A stretch of DNA of 64,000 bases from Saprolegnia diclina VS20 (taxonomy: Eukaryota), in contig NW_008246070.1 in assembly GCF_000281045.1 (NCBI RefSeq), positions 265,781 to 329,780 on the forward strand. Direction: 5' to 3'. A program made the translations under genes and the position numbers. Shown here in pieces: positions 61,305 through 64,000 of the stretch (positions are counted from its first letter, which is position 1; the number at the start of each line of letters is the position of its first letter). The notes below the pieces were generated by a model. That model searched no databases, had not been told where the DNA came from, and was given only the letters and a program-made list of their open reading frames with translations.

Positions 61305-64000
61305 ATGGACGTCGAGACGTCGCATGGGCGCAGCGCGTCGATGCTTCCGCCGGCGCCGATGAGCGACCCAGCCAACTGCGAAGTCCACACACTCCTGGCG
61401 ATGGACCCGAAGGAAGAGGCGCTCGCGGTACATGTGCGATCGCTCTTGCGCGAGACAGACGCAGACGTCGCTGGCTACCAAGCGCTGCGAGACATTTGTC
61501 TCCAGACGCTCCAGCCCAACGCGCTTCCGTCGGCGCAGGTCGCGCACCACCACATGCCCATCACGTCGACAGCGCTCGCGAACGCGGCCCAAGCATCGGA
61601 AGAAAGCTCGGTGATTCAGGCCCAGAAGAGCCCCGTGGCCGGCAAAAGCAAGCACAACTACACACTATGGCGGTCGTCCAAGGCGAAAGAAGAGACCGAG
61701 CCGACCGACGACACTACTTCGCTGCAACAGGCGCCCATCTCGGACCTCATTGTCGTCTTCAGTGGCGACATTACGCCCGAAGACTTTGAAAAGGTACTTC
61801 TGCAATAGTATCAACTGTGTAGCAACGTCGGCTAGATTGATAAGTCCCCGAGTGGGATCAAGGCCGACTTTAACCGGGGCCGGCGCGGCCAGTTCGTGTA
61901 CCTCTGCCTCAAGCGCGATGCAGGATCGCTCGCCATTGGCTCCAAGCGGCCACCGATCAGCGAAGTCCTTTTGCTCTACCCCGAGAAAGGCGAAACGCTG
62001 CCACCCAACTACGAGTACGTGCTGCGGAGGGGCGTGCCCGCCAACCTCCACGCGGTACGCTTCCATACCGCCGACCATGATCGGTGCGATCTGTATGTCA
62101 CAGGGCGTGAGCAGCGAGAAGCTCTACCTGTGCTACAAGCGGTCGGCCACGTCGTACCTCACCGACATTGCGCTCATCGTGCCCAAAAAGGGAGAGAAGG
62201 TCCCGTACGGGTACGTGCCTCGTACCGAGCTCGATACGAGGACGCTCGCATTGTCCGTGTAGCTACATGAAGATTGACAAGTCGCTCACGGGCCAGTCGT
62301 TCGTCGACAGTTCGTCCAATATGGAGGTTGCGCTTTGCTATCGAAAGCAGGTTTGCAGCGACGACGCGGCAGCACTGTAGTCACCGTCTGTAGATTGGGC
62401 TGCTCGAAACCTCCAAGCCGCTGTGGTGGCAAGCGACGATGATGGACGTTGTCTCGAAAGAGAAGGGGCCAATGCTCCAGGGTACAAATACGAGGTGCAA
62501 AATGACGCTCATCGTTGACGCTAGACGTCCCGAGTGCAACTGCCAAGGACACGGAAGTGCGGACCGAGTCACCGACGACTGACGAGCCAAGTAGCAGCCC
62601 GTTCCTGCTTACGACGGGTGCCACCACCGACACGGACCTCCTCGTCGCGACCAAGTACCTCTACCCGCTCTTGTATGCGTGCCACGTACGCCACGGGACC
62701 GTCGCCCTGCACGCCCTCAAGGCGCTCGAAACCTGCCTCACGAGTGCGTTTGTTCGCACCAACTTGTACAAGGGCGACGCGACGCTGCTCCTCACGCTCG
62801 CGCAAACCGTCAACACGAGCTGCCAACAAGCAGTGCGCGACCGGCTACCGACGGCGATGGCCATTTTTGCGAGCGTACGCGTCTTCTGCGCACGAGAACG
62901 TCACCGTGTGTAGGTGATTGACGCCGAAGAGGCGTCCCTGAGCCCTCTCGTGCTGCACGAGTGCCTCAAAGCGCTTCTCTTCATCAACGACTTGGACGAC
63001 GGCAGCGCCAAAACGACGTTGGAAGTCCTCATCCACCGCATCATGGACGGGCTTCCCGACTCGAGCGACAAGTCCATCGCTGACGCACCTCTGCCCGCAA
63101 GCAGTAGCATCGACATGGGCATGGCGTCGCTTGTCATGTCCCTCGCCGACGACGTCGTGACGTCCGTCGAAGTAGCGCGCGTGAATGAAACCGCCTTGAA
63201 CATCTGCAAGGTACGCGCACCGACACCGATTCGCAGTCGACATGCCCCACACAGGGCCACGCGTCGATCTACTCGACGGGCTACTGCCAGGAGCTGCAGG
63301 CTTGTATCGCACCCGTGCTGCCCTCCAACGTAAGCGCCGGAATGCGTGTTGCTGGTACAAGCAACGTGCGTAGGCCGCGTGCTTGGCCTACCACTTGCTG
63401 GCGACCTTGTCCAAGTACGCGATGAAGCGCAACTGCTCGGGGGCCGACGACGTCGACTGCGCGTCGATCCGCAACACGCTGCAGCTGCTGGATACAGCGC
63501 TCGTCGCGGGGGCCAAGGCGTTTAAAGAGCACGCGTTCTTCGGGCAGCAGGTTCGGCGGTTTGTCACGTCGGTCGTGCATACGGCCGTCGTCGTGTGGTC
63601 GGAACAGGTCCTGAGCGCGTGTTTGCGCTTGGTGTCGACGCTGTGGAACCACTACCGGCGCCACCTCAAGATTGAGCTCGCGCTCCTCTTTGAGAATGTG
63701 TTTTTGCGCATCTTGCGCACACCGTCGTCGGTGGCCGGCAGCTACCAACGGCTCGTGCTGCAAGAGCTCACACCGTGGTTTCAGCTGCCGCACAACGTGA
63801 TTGAGATCTTTCTCAACTTCGACATGGACCGCCAGTTTGTGCAGCAGTGGAAGGTCTTCGAGCAGTTTTGCGCCGTCTTGTGCGCCATCACCGAAGCGGC
63901 GTGCGCGACCGCCGACGACGCCGACGAGCACGCACCACCGATCGGGGTTGGCCCCTGCATCGTCCTATGGTCCTAATCGACGACGTGTGTAGGAGCATGC
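61305..64000 (+). CDS. Large ARF-GEF (BIG/GBF-like) N-terminal part with MABP domain (continues beyond window)
   Basis: MABP-like repeats (ADFNRG...VYLCLKR, PISEV, LYLCYKR, LTDIALI), followed by a HUS-like segment RHLKIELALLF...IEIFLNFDMD. Confidence 0.7.

Overview
This is gene-dense, GC-rich eukaryotic DNA from an oomycete. The very short GT-AG introns (about 41-50 nt in those resolved, mostly GTACG...TAG), the oomycete INR/FPR promoter motif, an elicitin-like protein and GH5 glucanases point to the Saprolegniales, probably Saprolegnia (inference). About 33 protein-coding genes can be reconstructed, most of them spliced, and there is one 510-nt assembly gap. Recognisable genes include MMTAG2-like, RNase T2, GCSH, METTL22-like, LAS1, a membrane-anchored acid phosphatase, LMBRD1-like, an SLC35A transporter, an ARG1-like DnaJ, a kinesin-13-like motor, METTL9-like, xanthine dehydrogenase, an EF-hand NADPH oxidase, four type-II membrane GH5 glucanases, a twin-domain cathepsin X, Mic19-like, DHCR7, MINPP1, a class III CoA-transferase, AUH, XRRA1-like, UTP18, cullin-1, a bZIP factor and a MABP-domain large ARF-GEF. 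The most striking unexplained structures are: (1) a GH5 locus with a near-identical 1.5-kb inverted repeat and a shared AAACA(C/G)TGTTT element; (2) a recurrent TATCCGG(ATA) motif seen only in 5' intergenic DNA; (3) an inverted duplicate of a disordered-protein gene about 41 kb apart, with a conserved HSE-like/bZIP/INR promoter and an Atg8-interacting-like motif that differs between copies; and (4) a tandem elicitin-like protein lying among sterol and acyl-CoA genes. No rRNA, tRNA, CRISPR array or transposon was recognised. All gene models were built by eye.
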